From: a bacterium
GTDB taxonomy: Bacteria; Myxococcota_A; Bradymonadia; UBA7976; UBA1532
Reading direction: 5' to 3'
NCBI GenBank assembly: GCA_030427205.1
Contig: JAUHXC010000051.1
Span: 1,336 to 65,335 of the forward strand
DNA: 64,000 nucleotides
The translations under genes were made by a program, and so were the position numbers. The notes under the pieces were generated by a model. It was not told the origin of the DNA. It saw only the letters and a list, made by a program, of their open reading frames with translations, and made no database searches. Positions 1 to 10,037 of the stretch are shown in pieces; position 1 is the stretch's first letter, and each line of letters starts with the position of its first letter.

Positions 1-2
1 GA

Positions 3-1208
3 CGGCAGCTCTACGAGAAGGGCCCGGTCGCGGTCACCTACCACGGCTCGACCGCTGACGACGACGCGCTGTGTGGGGTCGGCGCCGCGGGGATCTGCGT
101 CAAGACCGAGGCCGCCCGGCCCTATTTCTCTCCCCGGCGACGCAAGCTGCGCATGCTCGAAGAGCTCGAGACGGTCGAGTGGCGGCCGATGGGTGGCGGC
201 GAGGCGCAGGTGCTGTGGGCCGGCTATAACGTGCCCGGCTACCCGCGGGTCGCGCCGGATGGCGGGTCGATCGCTTTTGTCGAAGACATCTTCGGCTGGG
301 CCAAGGCCCCCACCCTGATCGCCGACGGCGAGGCGAAGCGGCTGCTCGTCGACCCGCAGCGCTATTTCACCCAGGCGCAGCCGGCGCCGGGCGCGGGCGC
401 GGTGGCGATGTTCGCCCAGGCCGAGCGCCGCGGGCCGCGGGGGGTGCTGGTGCTCGACCGCGCGGGCGAGACGCTGCTCGATCTGCCGCCGACCGGGGGC
501 AGCTACGACGGCCTCACCTGGGGCGACGCGAAGAGCCTGCTGCTGCTGCAGACGCCGCCCGCGCCGCCGGGCGCCGAGGCGGATGACGAGGGCGATGGGT
601 CGGACGAGGAGAACGCCGACCCAGCGGAGCCCGCGGTCGATCCGGCGGTCCGGCCTTTTGTGGAGACCCCCGCCCAGACCCTGTGGCGCGTGCCTGTCGA
701 CGGCGGCGAGCCGACGGTGCTCTACGTCGCCGCCCCCGGCGAGCGGCTGCGCTGGATGCGGCGGTCGCCGGACGGCGCGCGGGTGGCGTTCGAGCGCCGC
801 GTCCAGCGCAGCCGCTCGCCAGGGTCGCCCGCGGACGAAGCGCCGGCCGCCGATACCGAGCCGCTGCCGGAGCCGGGGCTGGCGGTGCTCGATCTGAGCG
901 CCGAGCCGGCGACGCTGACCGCCCTGCCCCTGCCCCGGCGGGTCGAGGCCCCGAGCTTCTCGCCCGATGGCCGCTGGCTGACGTTCGAGTACAACCCGCC
1001 GGGCAGCCGGGACGAAGAGATCGCGGTGATCGATCTCTCCGCGGCGGATCCCGTCGCCAGCCTGAAGGTGCTCACCGACAACCCCGAGCGCGATCGCTAC
1101 CCGGTCTTCGGCCCCAAGGGTGAGCGGATCTACTTCGAGCAGCTCGGTGAGGATCCCAACAACCGCCGCCGCGGGGTGAGCCTGATCGCGTCGGTGCCGG
1201 CGCCGTGA
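3..1208 (+). CDS. TolB/PD40-like beta-propeller protein, 5'-truncated by the window edge
   Basis: Frame is open from position 3, upstream of the listed ATG 153. Repeated PD40-like motifs (PRVAPDGGSIAF, RRSPDGARVAF, PSFSPDGRWLTF, PVFGPKGERIYF). Confidence 0.75.
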   Translation, partial: RQLYEKGPVAVTYHGSTADDDALCGVGAAGICVKTEAARPYFSPRRRKLRMLEELETVEWRPMGGGEAQVLWAGYNVPGYPRVAPDGGSIAFVEDIFGWAKAPTLIADGEAKRLLVDPQRYFTQAQPAPGAGAVAMFAQAERRGPRGVLVLDRAGETLLDLPPTGGSYDGLTWGDAKSLLLLQTPPAPPGAEADDEGDGSDEENADPAEPAVDPAVRPFVETPAQTLWRVPVDGGEPTVLYVAAPGERLRWMRRSPDGARVAFERRVQRSRSPGSPADEAPAADTEPLPEPGLAVLDLSAEPATLTALPLPRRVEAPSFSPDGRWLTFEYNPPGSRDEEIAVIDLSAADPVASLKVLTDNPERDRYPVFGPKGERIYFEQLGEDPNNRRRGVSLIASVPAP

Positions 1209-3295
1209 GCGCCGCCGACACCGCGTTCGACTTCGACGCCGGCGCCCACCGCTTGCGCCGCCGGACCCGCTGGGCCGCAGCGGGCATCGCGCTGGGCTCG
1301 GTCCTGCCCTACGAGGTCATCGCCGGTCGCCCGCAGTACATCTGGGATCTGGCCGACGAGCTGCCGCCGGCGGGCCTGCTGGCGGTCTGCGCCCCGGCCC
1401 TCGCCGGCCTGCTGATCGCCGTCGCCGGCTGGCGCGCGCGCCGCCCGGGCTCGCTGGGCTGGATCGTCCTGGCCACGCTGATCGGCATGCGCCTGGTCAT
1501 CGACGTCGGCGCCGACGCCGCCGCCTGGGGCGCGCTCGGGCTGCCGGAGAGCGTGACCGCCCGCCAGGGCTGGGCCCTGCTCGCGTTGGGGGCGACCGCC
1601 GCCGGCGCGACGCTGACCTTCAAGGCCCACGCCCGCCGCGCGGGGCACGGGCTGCTCATCGCGGCGGTGCTCGTCGCCGCGGCGTTCTTCGGCTGGCCCG
1701 GCCGCGGCGAGGCGCCGATCCGCACGATCATCCGCGCCGCGGGCGCCTTTGGCGATCTGCCCGATTGGCGCTTTCAGCTGGGCATGCTCGTGGTGGGCAC
1801 GATGGCGCTGTGGCCGGCGCTGGTGGCGCTGGCCGGCCTGCTGCACCTCAAGCGGCCGGCGCGGGACGATCACCCGATCATCGCGCTGGTCGCCCTCTAT
1901 GGCCTGCCGTTGCTGATCGCGATGCTGGTCTTCCGGGCCGTGCCCGGCGCGGGCGATGGGTGGAGCATCTTCGTCGCCCTGGGCACCATCGCCGTGCTCG
2001 CCGCCACCGTCGCGCTGCTCGCCTCGGCCCTCGAGGCGGCCGTCGAGGCCACCTTCGCCCCGCCGCCCGGGGTCGAGCCGCCGCCCGGGTGGCCGCCGCG
2101 CACGACCGCGGCCCTCGCCGGCGGCGTGATGCTGCTCGTCGTCGGCCTGACCGTCGCGCTGGCCCGACCGCCGGAGAAGGGCGTCGAGTGGCCCCTCGGA
2201 CCGCGCACGCCGCCGGCCGACGCGGTCTTCACCGAGCAGCTGCCCGCCTGGAACCGCGCCCGCCTCGCCTGGGATAGCAGCGCGCGCACCGGCAGCGGGG
2301 CCACCGCGTTGCTGCGGGTCAAGGCAGCCGGGCGCTCGCTGATCGAGGCGGCCGAGGCGGTCGACGCCGGGCTGGCGCGCGCCCTGGCCGACATGGTGGC
2401 CGGCGCCCGCGACCTGCACGTCGCCGGCCGCACCTGGTATCGGCTGGTGGCCGCGGTCAACGAGGCCAGCCGCCTCGCCGGTCTGCCCTATTATCTCGAC
2501 CCGACCGTCTTCACCTTCCAGACCGCCGACGGGCCCGGGCGCCACTTCCGCATGCGCACGTTCGCCGTCGAGAAGGTCCGCCGCTTCGACGTCGAGGACC
2601 AGCCGTTCGCGACCCTGCACGTCCGGCGCATCGACGTGCGCGACGCCGGCAGCCGGCTGCTCGGCTTCAGCCGCGACGTGCAGCGCTTCGCCCTCGTCGA
2701 CCTCGACGAGGCGAGCCGCTTCGAGACCTCGCTCGCCGAGAGCGCGCTGGCCGAGCCGCCGCTGTGCGAGACGATCGAGGTCGAGGACGCCGGCCCGGGC
2801 CTCGCCCGCTGCGGCGCGGTGCTCGCCGAGCTGCTGCGCACCCTGCCCGATGGCCTGACCCCGGCCATCGTCGCGACCACCGACCGCCACGAGCTGCAGC
2901 ATCAGATCGATGGGCCGCACCTGCCGCTGTCGTCGGCGGTGCTCGCGCGCCTCGGCGGGCGCCATCCGCGACTGCAAGAGCGGGTCAACCGCGAGCTGTC
3001 GGCCTACGTCGCCGAGCTGACGAGCCCCGACGCGCCGCCGACGGTGGGCTTGATCCACCTCGTGCGCTTCGCCCTGCAGGGCGGCGGCTATCTACATCAT
3101 GTGGCCATGATCGCGTTCGAGACGATGGTCGATCGCCCGCTGGACGACGGCTTCGGCGGCCCCGATCACCGCGCCGTGGCCGACGCCTTCGCCCAGCTCG
3201 CCGCCCTGCCGCCCGATGTCCTGCGTCAGCGCGCCGCCGACGCCTGGGCGACGCTGTTCGGCGAAGGGTTGGCCGAGGTGGCGTCCGTCGACTGA
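1205..3295 (+). CDS. Polytopic membrane protein with C-terminal HExxH (zincin-like) domain
   Basis: GTGA overlap with the upstream gene. About 10 hydrophobic segments, then a soluble domain with HELQH and a downstream ELSAY. Confidence 0.7.
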   Translation: MSAADTAFDFDAGAHRLRRRTRWAAAGIALGSVLPYEVIAGRPQYIWDLADELPPAGLLAVCAPALAGLLIAVAGWRARRPGSLGWIVLATLIGMRLVIDVGADAAAWGALGLPESVTARQGWALLALGATAAGATLTFKAHARRAGHGLLIAAVLVAAAFFGWPGRGEAPIRTIIRAAGAFGDLPDWRFQLGMLVVGTMALWPALVALAGLLHLKRPARDDHPIIALVALYGLPLLIAMLVFRAVPGAGDGWSIFVALGTIAVLAATVALLASALEAAVEATFAPPPGVEPPPGWPPRTTAALAGGVMLLVVGLTVALARPPEKGVEWPLGPRTPPADAVFTEQLPAWNRARLAWDSSARTGSGATALLRVKAAGRSLIEAAEAVDAGLARALADMVAGARDLHVAGRTWYRLVAAVNEASRLAGLPYYLDPTVFTFQTADGPGRHFRMRTFAVEKVRRFDVEDQPFATLHVRRIDVRDAGSRLLGFSRDVQRFALVDLDEASRFETSLAESALAEPPLCETIEVEDAGPGLARCGAVLAELLRTLPDGLTPAIVATTDRHELQHQIDGPHLPLSSAVLARLGGRHPRLQERVNRELSAYVAELTSPDAPPTVGLIHLVRFALQGGGYLHHVAMIAFETMVDRPLDDGFGGPDHRAVADAFAQLAALPPDVLRQRAADAWATLFGEGLAEVASVD

Positions 3296-4668
3296 TCGCG
3301 CGGCGCCGCGCCACGGCACCAGGCGGTGTATTCCGGCTGGGCCGCGTCGTAGGCGGCGCCGTCGAGGCCGAGCTGCGCGAAGCTGCGGTCGACGCTGTAG
3401 TTCTTGCGCTCGCGCGGCGCGTGCGCGGTCGGCACCCCGTCGGGCAGGGTCTCTTCGTCGAAGCAATGGGCGTAGACCGCCCGCATCGTGGACTCCAGGT
3501 CGCGCACGTAGGCGTCGAACGGCAGCGCCAGCCGCCGCGGCCCGTCGGTCTGCCCGGCCTGGCCGAACCACTGCATCTCGCGCTGGTTGTAGAGCCGCTC
3601 GGTCTCGGCGAGCCCTTCGACCAGGAAGCGCCACGCCGGCTTGCCCAGCGCCGGCTCCATCGGGTTGCTCCACAGGAAGTTGATCATGCTGCGCAGCCGC
3701 TTCGAGGGCTGGCGGGTCATGGTCAGGAAGCGGCCGTCCGGGTACCGCGCGGCCAGCGCGTCGGCGGCGGCGAGGAAGTGCCCCTTGACGAAGACGCGCT
3801 GCTCGGGCCGGTTGCCCGCGAAGAGCAGCGTCTTGCGCAGCGTGCGGTCGAGCAGCGCGACGAAGGTCTCGGTCATCAACCGGTCGGTGGTCGGGCCGGG
3901 CGCGCCCTGGCCCAGCTCTTCGACGAGCACCTGCGGCCCCAAGAACGGCGCGAAGCGGTTGAGGTGCATGGTGAGCAGGCCGATCTCGAAGGTATCGGGG
4001 CCGAAGGCATCCAGCTCGTGGCGCTCGGTGAACTCGAGCGGCATCCAGCGCTCGAACCAGCCGCGCACGGTGTCTTTGTCGACCAGCCGCCCCACCGTGG
4101 CCGCCGCGAGGCGCCAGAGCCAGAGGTAGGGCGCGAGGATCTGCAGCGCGCCGGGCGAGACCACCCGTGGATCCTGCTCGATGTAGTGCGCCAGCTGGGT
4201 GCTGCCGCTGCGCGCCGCGCTGATCTTGATGATCGGCGCCCGCACCTCCACCGCTGTCAGCGCCCGCCCGTAGAGCAGCTCGTCGAGCATCCAGGCCAGC
4301 CCCAGCAGCGGCGCGCGGGCCAACGTGCGCAGGATCGCCGCCGAGAGCCGCACCTCGAGCAGGCGCGACATGCCGGGTTCGGGCGGCGCGCGATGCCAGA
4401 CGAGGCCCAGGTAGTACAGCGCCTGCGCCGGGCGGACCATGTTCGGCGGCAGGCCCCAGACAGCGGCGCCGAGCAGGACCAGCAGCCAGAGGGGGCTGAG
4501 GGCGAGCCCGATGGCCATGATGAGCACGAGGCGCAGAGCCGCGACGGCCATCGCCAGCGGCCCCGTGGAGGCCGCGCGATCGGGCTCGCCGGGCAGGCGG
4601 TCGGGGTGCACGACCCCCGGCACGATATAGGCCGGGGCATCAGCGGGAGCGGTTTGAGCGTCGGTCAT
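3226..4668 (-). CDS. Sulfotransferase family protein with N-terminal membrane segment
   Basis: PAPS-binding-like loop ISAARSGSTQL, followed by VKGHFL and FLTMTRQP. Converges on and overlaps the previous CDS by 70 bp. Confidence 0.75.
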   Translation of the reverse strand: MTDAQTAPADAPAYIVPGVVHPDRLPGEPDRAASTGPLAMAVAALRLVLIMAIGLALSPLWLLVLLGAAVWGLPPNMVRPAQALYYLGLVWHRAPPEPGMSRLLEVRLSAAILRTLARAPLLGLAWMLDELLYGRALTAVEVRAPIIKISAARSGSTQLAHYIEQDPRVVSPGALQILAPYLWLWRLAAATVGRLVDKDTVRGWFERWMPLEFTERHELDAFGPDTFEIGLLTMHLNRFAPFLGPQVLVEELGQGAPGPTTDRLMTETFVALLDRTLRKTLLFAGNRPEQRVFVKGHFLAAADALAARYPDGRFLTMTRQPSKRLRSMINFLWSNPMEPALGKPAWRFLVEGLAETERLYNQREMQWFGQAGQTDGPRRLALPFDAYVRDLESTMRAVYAHCFDEETLPDGVPTAHAPRERKNYSVDRSFAQLGLDGAAYDAAQPEYTAWCRGAAPRDQSTDATSANPSPNSVAQASAAR

Positions 4669-4791
4669 GAATCCTCGCAGCGAGGCGGCCAGAGCTACCG
4701 GATGGCCCGCGGCCGGACAAGGCGCTGGCGCCGAGTGCCCCGACTCTGGCGCGCTCGGCCCCCCGGACGCTTGGCGATTGGCGATTGGCGA

Positions 4792-5871
4792 TCAGACGGG
4801 CAGCTCGACCTCGAAGCGGGCCCCGCCCAGCGCAGCGCTTTCGCTCACCGTCACCCGCCCACCCATCAGCTCGACGCAGCGCCGGACGGTCGCCAGCCCG
4901 AAGCCGTGGCCCGACGCCGCGCTGCCCAGGCGCACGAGCGGCTCGAAGATCCGCTGGCGGGACTCGACCGGGATCCCCCGGCCGTTGTCCTCGACGATCA
5001 GCGCCGTCCGCCCGATGCGCGGCTCTGCCGAGAGCCGCACGATGGGCGCCCGATCGGCGGGGCAGTACTTCAGCGCGTTGTCGAGCAGGTTGTAGACGAC
5101 CTGCCCGACCAGCGTGCGATCGCCCAGCACCGTCGGCAGCGACGGGGGCAGCTCGATCTGCGCGCCGCGCTCGGCGATGCTCAGGGCCAGCCGATCGACG
5201 GCGTTCTGCGCCGCCGCCGACAGCGACACCGGCTGGCTCTCGATGGCGGTCGAACCCAGGCGGGCGTAGTCCAGCAGCACCTCGACCAGCTCGGCGAGCT
5301 GCACCGCGAGGCTGCGCGAGGCGTCGACGAGCGGCGAGTCGCTCTCGGCGGCGATCAGGCCGAGGAAGCCCTCCAGCGTGCGCAGCGGAGACTTGAGGTC
5401 GTGGCCCGCCGCGCGCAGGAAGAGCTGCAGATCGGCGTTGCGCAGCGCGAGCGCGTCGCGGGTGAGCGACAGCTCGTTGCGCTCCTGGTTGAGCTCGCTC
5501 TTCAGCCGACCCGCGCCGGTCACGTCGACCAGCCAGTGCACGCGCACGGTCGGATCGTCGCTCTTGACGTGCACGCTCAGCTCGTAGAACCGCTGCCCGC
5601 CGCTCGGCCCGGTCCGATTGAGCCAGGGCAGAACATAGGGCTCGCCGCCGGCCACGGCCTCCTCGATGGCCTGCTCGGCCCCCAGCAGCTCGGGCAGCGC
5701 GTCGGTCAGCGGGTCACCGGCCGAGAGCGTGCCCCAGACGTGGCGCGCGCCGCCGATGGCCTGCACGACCAACGCGGCGTCGGTCAGCGCGCAGCCGATG
5801 CCACGGCGGGTACACAGCTCGTCGAAGAGACCGTCGAAGCCGATCCCGTCGCCCGTCGGCTCGCGGCTCAC
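4792..5871 (-). CDS. Sensor histidine kinase (PAS-like, HisKA, HATPase)
   Basis: H-box AGHDLKSPL, N-box NLLDNALKY, G1 EDNGRGI, G2 GHGFGL. Start placed at GTG 5871, overlapping the GTPase stop (GTGA). Confidence 0.85.
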   Translation of the reverse strand: MSREPTGDGIGFDGLFDELCTRRGIGCALTDAALVVQAIGGARHVWGTLSAGDPLTDALPELLGAEQAIEEAVAGGEPYVLPWLNRTGPSGGQRFYELSVHVKSDDPTVRVHWLVDVTGAGRLKSELNQERNELSLTRDALALRNADLQLFLRAAGHDLKSPLRTLEGFLGLIAAESDSPLVDASRSLAVQLAELVEVLLDYARLGSTAIESQPVSLSAAAQNAVDRLALSIAERGAQIELPPSLPTVLGDRTLVGQVVYNLLDNALKYCPADRAPIVRLSAEPRIGRTALIVEDNGRGIPVESRQRIFEPLVRLGSAASGHGFGLATVRRCVELMGGRVTVSESAALGGARFEVELPV

Positions 5872-6365
5872 TTGGCCAGCAGGGCCCGGCCGAGCGTGGC
5901 GAAGGCCTCCTCCACCCCGTCGCCGGTGCGCGCGCTCGTCGCGAACCAGCGCGCGTCGAGCCGGGCCGCCTGCTCGACGATCGCGCCCGTGTCGATGGCC
6001 GGGGCGAGGTCGCTCTTGTTGGCGCACATGATGCGGGGCACCGCGCCCACCGCCTGCACGAGGCTGCCCACCTCCTCGTCGATGGTGCCGAAGGTGCGCG
6101 GGCGGGTCGTATCGCCCACCAGGATCGCGCCCGACGCGCCCTTGAGATAGCTCGGGCGCAGCCCTTCGAAGCCCTCCCGGCCGCTGATGTCCCACAGCAT
6201 CAGGGTCAGCGCGGTGCCGTCGATCGTCAGCGGCTTGCGGCTGACCTTGACCCCCATGGTGCTGAGGTACTTGTCGTCGAAGGCATCCTCGACGAAGCGC
6301 CGCACCAACGAGGTCTTGCCGACCGCGAAGCTGCCCATCATCACGACTTTCTTGAAGATCGCCAC
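5868..6365 (-). CDS. Ras/Rab-like small GTPase (prokaryotic Rup-type)
   Basis: G1 GSFAVGKTS, G2 YLSTMG, G3 WDISG, G4 NKSD, G5 TSAR. GTG start at 6365 with GGGGGAG RBS. Confidence 0.9.
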   Translation of the reverse strand: MAIFKKVVMMGSFAVGKTSLVRRFVEDAFDDKYLSTMGVKVSRKPLTIDGTALTLMLWDISGREGFEGLRPSYLKGASGAILVGDTTRPRTFGTIDEEVGSLVQAVGAVPRIMCANKSDLAPAIDTGAIVEQAARLDARWFATSARTGDGVEEAFATLGRALLAK

Positions 6366-6446
6366 CGTGCTCCCCCGGACGTGCTCCGCGCAGGCTACTC
6401 CCCCGGCCGCCGTCGATCCACCCCGACGCGGGGGCAGGGGCGGGCT

Positions 6447-6482
6447 CGTCTCAGAGAAACGGCTGCGTCTCATCTCGTCTCA
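6447..6482. promoter_or_regulatory. Three CGTCTCA direct repeats (putative activator-binding sites)
   Basis: Exact heptamers at 6447, 6466 and 6476, 110-145 bp upstream of a sigma54-like box. Confidence 0.45.
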
Positions 6483-6590
6483 GCGGCCTGCGGCACCCGG
6501 CGGATCGCGCCGCCGCGGTCTCCAGCCGCGCCGCGCCCGTTGGGCGATGAATCCGGGCCTCGCGCTCGGACGGGCCGCCGGAACAAGACA

Positions 6591-6606
6591 TGGCATACAG
6601 CGTGCA
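6591..6606 (+). promoter_or_regulatory. Putative sigma54 -24/-12 promoter
   Basis: TGGCATACAGCGTGCA has GG-N10-GC spacing and lies upstream of ORF 6725. Confidence 0.55.
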
Positions 6607-6724
6607 GTACCGCAGTGGCACATGGCGCGCGACGCCGACGCGGCGAGACCGAGAGACCGGCGGCCGCCGTAACCCACAGCGCAAAACATCGCTCGAATAC
6701 GCCCCAACGCCTCGGAGACGACCG

Positions 6725-7159
6725 ATGATGCACGACCCCGACGACCTGTCCGCCCGCCTGTGGACCGCCTCCGAACAGATCCGGCTCACGGCCACCGCGC
6801 TGGCGTGCATCGCCGAGGGCCTCGACGCGGTGGACGAGGCGATGGTGCCGCACATCGCCCGGCTCGAGCACCGCGCCGCCGAGCTGATGCGCACGACGCT
6901 GCGCCTCGCCCGCGACGCCGGCCTCGCCGAGTCCTGGGGTCTGGAGCTGCTCTTCAGCGGGTCCGAGCCGAGCCGGCCCCGGCGGCCGCAGCCCGCGGCC
7001 TCGCAGTCGATCGAGCTCGATCCGCTGCCGCTCTTCGATCCCCTGCCGCCCCCGCCCGTGCGGCGGCTGCAGCCGGTCCGCGCGCCGTGGACGGCGCAAC
7101 CGACTTTGCCCGGCGCGTCGGAGCCGGGCCTGCCGGTCGAGGTCGAGCTGCCGATGTGA
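6725..7159 (+). CDS. Small hypothetical protein (helical N-terminus, Pro-rich tail)
   Basis: ATG 6725 with GGAG RBS, high-GC3 codons, fills the gap between two minus-strand genes. Confidence 0.6.
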   Translation: MMHDPDDLSARLWTASEQIRLTATALACIAEGLDAVDEAMVPHIARLEHRAAELMRTTLRLARDAGLAESWGLELLFSGSEPSRPRRPQPAASQSIELDPLPLFDPLPPPPVRRLQPVRAPWTAQPTLPGASEPGLPVEVELPM

Positions 7160-7221
7160 CCCGCTCGGCCCGCGGCGCCGAGATCCGGCCTGTACGGGGC
7201 CGTGGGCGGCATCAGGGCCCA

Positions 7222-9195
7222 TCAGGGCCCCGGCACCTCGAGCCGGATCCGCGCGACCCGCCCCGCCGAGCGCCCCGTAGCGGCGCGCCGCATCACCGCC
7301 CCTTGCAGCCGCGGATCGGTCAACAGCCGATCGGCCACGACGTCGGCCCGCGCCCGCCGCAGCTGGGCGTTGCGCCGCGGGCTGCCGGAGGCGTCGGCGT
7401 GCCCCTCGACGACGAAGCGCAGCCACGGGCGGGCCTGACGCAGGCGAGCCATGTCGCTGAGGGTCCGGGTCAGCATCGCCTCACCCGCGGCGGTCAGCTC
7501 GGCGACGTCGGGGCCGAACTCGATCTCCACCGCCTCGACCCGCGCCTCGGCCGCGTCGAGCGCGTCCACCGCCGCCGTCACGTCCACCGCGTCGATGCCG
7601 TCGAGGGCGACGCCCCGGCGCTCCGCGCTCTCCAGCCACGCCGCGGGCGCCTCGCCGGTCACCACCAGCGTGCCGCCCTCGAGTCGAAGCTGCGCGCTGT
7701 CTGGCGGGTCGAGCAGCAGCCGCGCGCGATCGAGCCGCTCGTCGATGATGCGCAGCGATCCGCTCTCGACCCGGTGCACCCCGGGCACCAGCGGCAGGAT
7801 GGCCCCGTAGCGCTGCCACCAGTCGGCGGAGGCCTCACCGAAAACGGTCACCGTCCCCCGATCGAAGACCAGCTCCACCCCGTCCGGCGCATCGACCGCC
7901 ATGTGCAGCCGCCGCAAGACCAGATCCGGGTGATGGGCGTGGTAGGCCTCGAAGTCGGCGCTCCACTCGTTCAGCCCGAGGCCGTGCGCATCGAAGATCG
8001 ACACCGGTGAGCGGGCCAGCGGGTCGCGCAGCCCGCGCACGTGGTGGTGCGCGCCGTCGCGCTGGGCCTGAACGACCACGATGCCCGGCTCGCGGTCGAG
8101 GGCGTCGAGCACCATCTGCCAGCGGGACTCCGCCTGCCACGCGGCGAAGACGGCGTAGCCGATGAGACCCACGACGGCCAGCAGCAGCATCACCGCCGGC
8201 CACAGCCGCGGCGCGGGCGGATCGGGCGAGCGCTCGACGAGTTCGAGCAGCAGGGGCTCGATGTCGGCGAAGCGATCGACGTCGCCCTCGAACTCCACCA
8301 GCCGCCGATGGGTCCGCTGGTCGATGGTGTCCATCGTCTCGTCGATGACCCCGCGGAAGGCGGGATCGGGCGCGCCGGCCAGCTCGACGGCCAGCACCGC
8401 GCGCGCCGTATTGGCGATCCAGACCGTCTTGTCGCCGATGGAGATGCTCTCGACCGCCTCGTCCTCCCCCGCCCCGAAGCCATCGTGCAGGTACGACTGC
8501 ACCGCGGTGAGCATCGACGAGACCACGTCGGGATCCTGCTCGACGGCCCCCGCGCCGCCGGACGCGGAGACATGGCGCAAGAGGATGCCGGTCTCGGCGT
8601 GGATCAGCAGCGCGCGCACCACCCGCCAACGCAGCGAGCGCAGCAGCACGATCTCGCCGAAAGAGCGCCGGGTGACCACCGCCTCGACCCGCCAGGCCAC
8701 CGAGCGAGGCGAGAAGCTCTGGTCGAGCAGGCGGCTCAATTCGGCCAGCCGGGTCTTGAGCTCCCGGGCGACCCATTGCCGGATCAACGCGCCCATGACC
8801 GGCGTCAGCGCCTCGACGACCCGCGCCTGACCGGCCTCGATGAAGTCGTCGAAGCCGCGGGCCACGACCGGCTGCATGCTCGCCGCGAAGCGCGGATCGT
8901 CCCCTTGCCGCCGCACCGCCTCGGGCAGCACCCGGGCGACCTCGTCGGCGCGGATGTCATCGACGTCCAGACGCCCTTCGAGCGCGTCGAGCCGGGCCTG
9001 CTCCGGGGCGACGAGCAGGCCGCGCAGCGCGCCGTAGTCGTCGCGGGGCTCGGCAGCGTCACGGGGCTCGGCAGCGTCACGGGGCTCGGCGGCGTCGCGA
9101 GGCCCGGCCCGTTCGGGTTCGACCGGCTCGACCGGCTCGCGCGTGGAGACCTCGCCCGGCACGGCCGAGGCCGGGCCGGGCGGATCGTCAGCCAT
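7222..9195 (-). CDS. OmpA-family peptidoglycan-binding membrane protein with large cytoplasmic N-terminal domain
   Basis: C-terminal VEGHADASG..RNAQLRRARADVV, one TM segment (WPAVMLLLAVVGLIGYAVF), N-terminal PRDAAE repeats. Confidence 0.85.
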   Translation of the reverse strand: MADDPPGPASAVPGEVSTREPVEPVEPERAGPRDAAEPRDAAEPRDAAEPRDDYGALRGLLVAPEQARLDALEGRLDVDDIRADEVARVLPEAVRRQGDDPRFAASMQPVVARGFDDFIEAGQARVVEALTPVMGALIRQWVARELKTRLAELSRLLDQSFSPRSVAWRVEAVVTRRSFGEIVLLRSLRWRVVRALLIHAETGILLRHVSASGGAGAVEQDPDVVSSMLTAVQSYLHDGFGAGEDEAVESISIGDKTVWIANTARAVLAVELAGAPDPAFRGVIDETMDTIDQRTHRRLVEFEGDVDRFADIEPLLLELVERSPDPPAPRLWPAVMLLLAVVGLIGYAVFAAWQAESRWQMVLDALDREPGIVVVQAQRDGAHHHVRGLRDPLARSPVSIFDAHGLGLNEWSADFEAYHAHHPDLVLRRLHMAVDAPDGVELVFDRGTVTVFGEASADWWQRYGAILPLVPGVHRVESGSLRIIDERLDRARLLLDPPDSAQLRLEGGTLVVTGEAPAAWLESAERRGVALDGIDAVDVTAAVDALDAAEARVEAVEIEFGPDVAELTAAGEAMLTRTLSDMARLRQARPWLRFVVEGHADASGSPRRNAQLRRARADVVADRLLTDPRLQGAVMRRAATGRSAGRVARIRLEVPGP

Positions 9196-9814
9196 CGCTG
9201 TCGATGGCGTCCTCGGCGACCTCGTCGGCGACGCCCAGATCCAGATCGATCAGGCCGTCGTCAAGCCGCAGCGCCAGCTCGGTGAAGAGGCCGGCCAGAC
9301 CCGCGCGGTCCACCTTGTCGGCGCTCAGGTTCTCGACGGCGTCGTCCAGCGTGCGGGTCAGGCTGCCGTGCTGCTCGCGCAGCTCGCCGCGCAGGGTGCG
9401 GGTCAGCTCGAGCAGCTGCTGACGCAGGCTCTGCTCGGCGCGGCTGCTGCGATCGCCGAGCTCACCGAGGCGCTGCTGCAACGAACGCTCGGTCGACTCC
9501 AGCTCACGGGTGAGTCGGCGGCTGTCGTCGGACCGCGCCCCGCTCTCCGCCCGCAGCCGCTCGTCGAGGGCCGACAGCTCGCTGCGGGTGAACGTCTCGA
9601 GGGCCTGCAGCCGACCGTCGACGTCGCTGCGCAGATCGGCGAGCGATCGCTCGACGGTCTCCTCCAGCCGGGCGAAGCGGCGGTTGTAGTCCCGCATCTG
9701 CGCCCCGAAGAGAATGTCCCGGATCTTGTCGACGTTGCCGCCGGTCGCCGCCAGGCCGGCCATGGCGTCGGGCTGCGCCGCTCGCCGCCGTCCGCGCGCT
9801 TTCTCCTTGCCCAT
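9188..9814 (-). CDS. Coiled-coil protein of the OmpA/GTPase module
   Basis: NVDKIRDILFGAQMRDY followed by long heptads. ATG 9814 with GAGGGG RBS; overlaps the OmpA start. Confidence 0.8.
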   Translation of the reverse strand: MGKEKARGRRRAAQPDAMAGLAATGGNVDKIRDILFGAQMRDYNRRFARLEETVERSLADLRSDVDGRLQALETFTRSELSALDERLRAESGARSDDSRRLTRELESTERSLQQRLGELGDRSSRAEQSLRQQLLELTRTLRGELREQHGSLTRTLDDAVENLSADKVDRAGLAGLFTELALRLDDGLIDLDLGVADEVAEDAIDSDG

Positions 9815-9916
9815 CGCTCCCCTCCGCTCGTCCGAGTACGGGCTCATCGTGCTGGCGGATTCTAGGCCGCGCGGCGTGGGCGGTACAGAAAACGCGCGAA
9901 TCGGCGCCGCGACATC

Positions 9917-9967
9917 TGTCTCAAGACGACAGCCGAGAGACAGAATGCCTGAGACACACCCGAGACA
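9917..9967. promoter_or_regulatory. TGTCTCA / GAGACA repeat cluster (putative activator-binding sites)
   Basis: TGTCTCA at 9917 and GAGACA at 9937, 9951 and 9962. The 9917 and 9950 copies form an inverted repeat. Confidence 0.45.
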
Positions 9968-10037
9968 CGCACCGCGTCGGCGTGGCCCTCCAGCGCAGAA
10001 AACCCGCGAAACGGGCCCGCGCAGGCGCTCTTGGGGC

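Noticed and set aside
2764-6150. 1128-aa plus-strand ORF
   Set aside because: Shadow of the sulfotransferase, kinase and GTPase genes.
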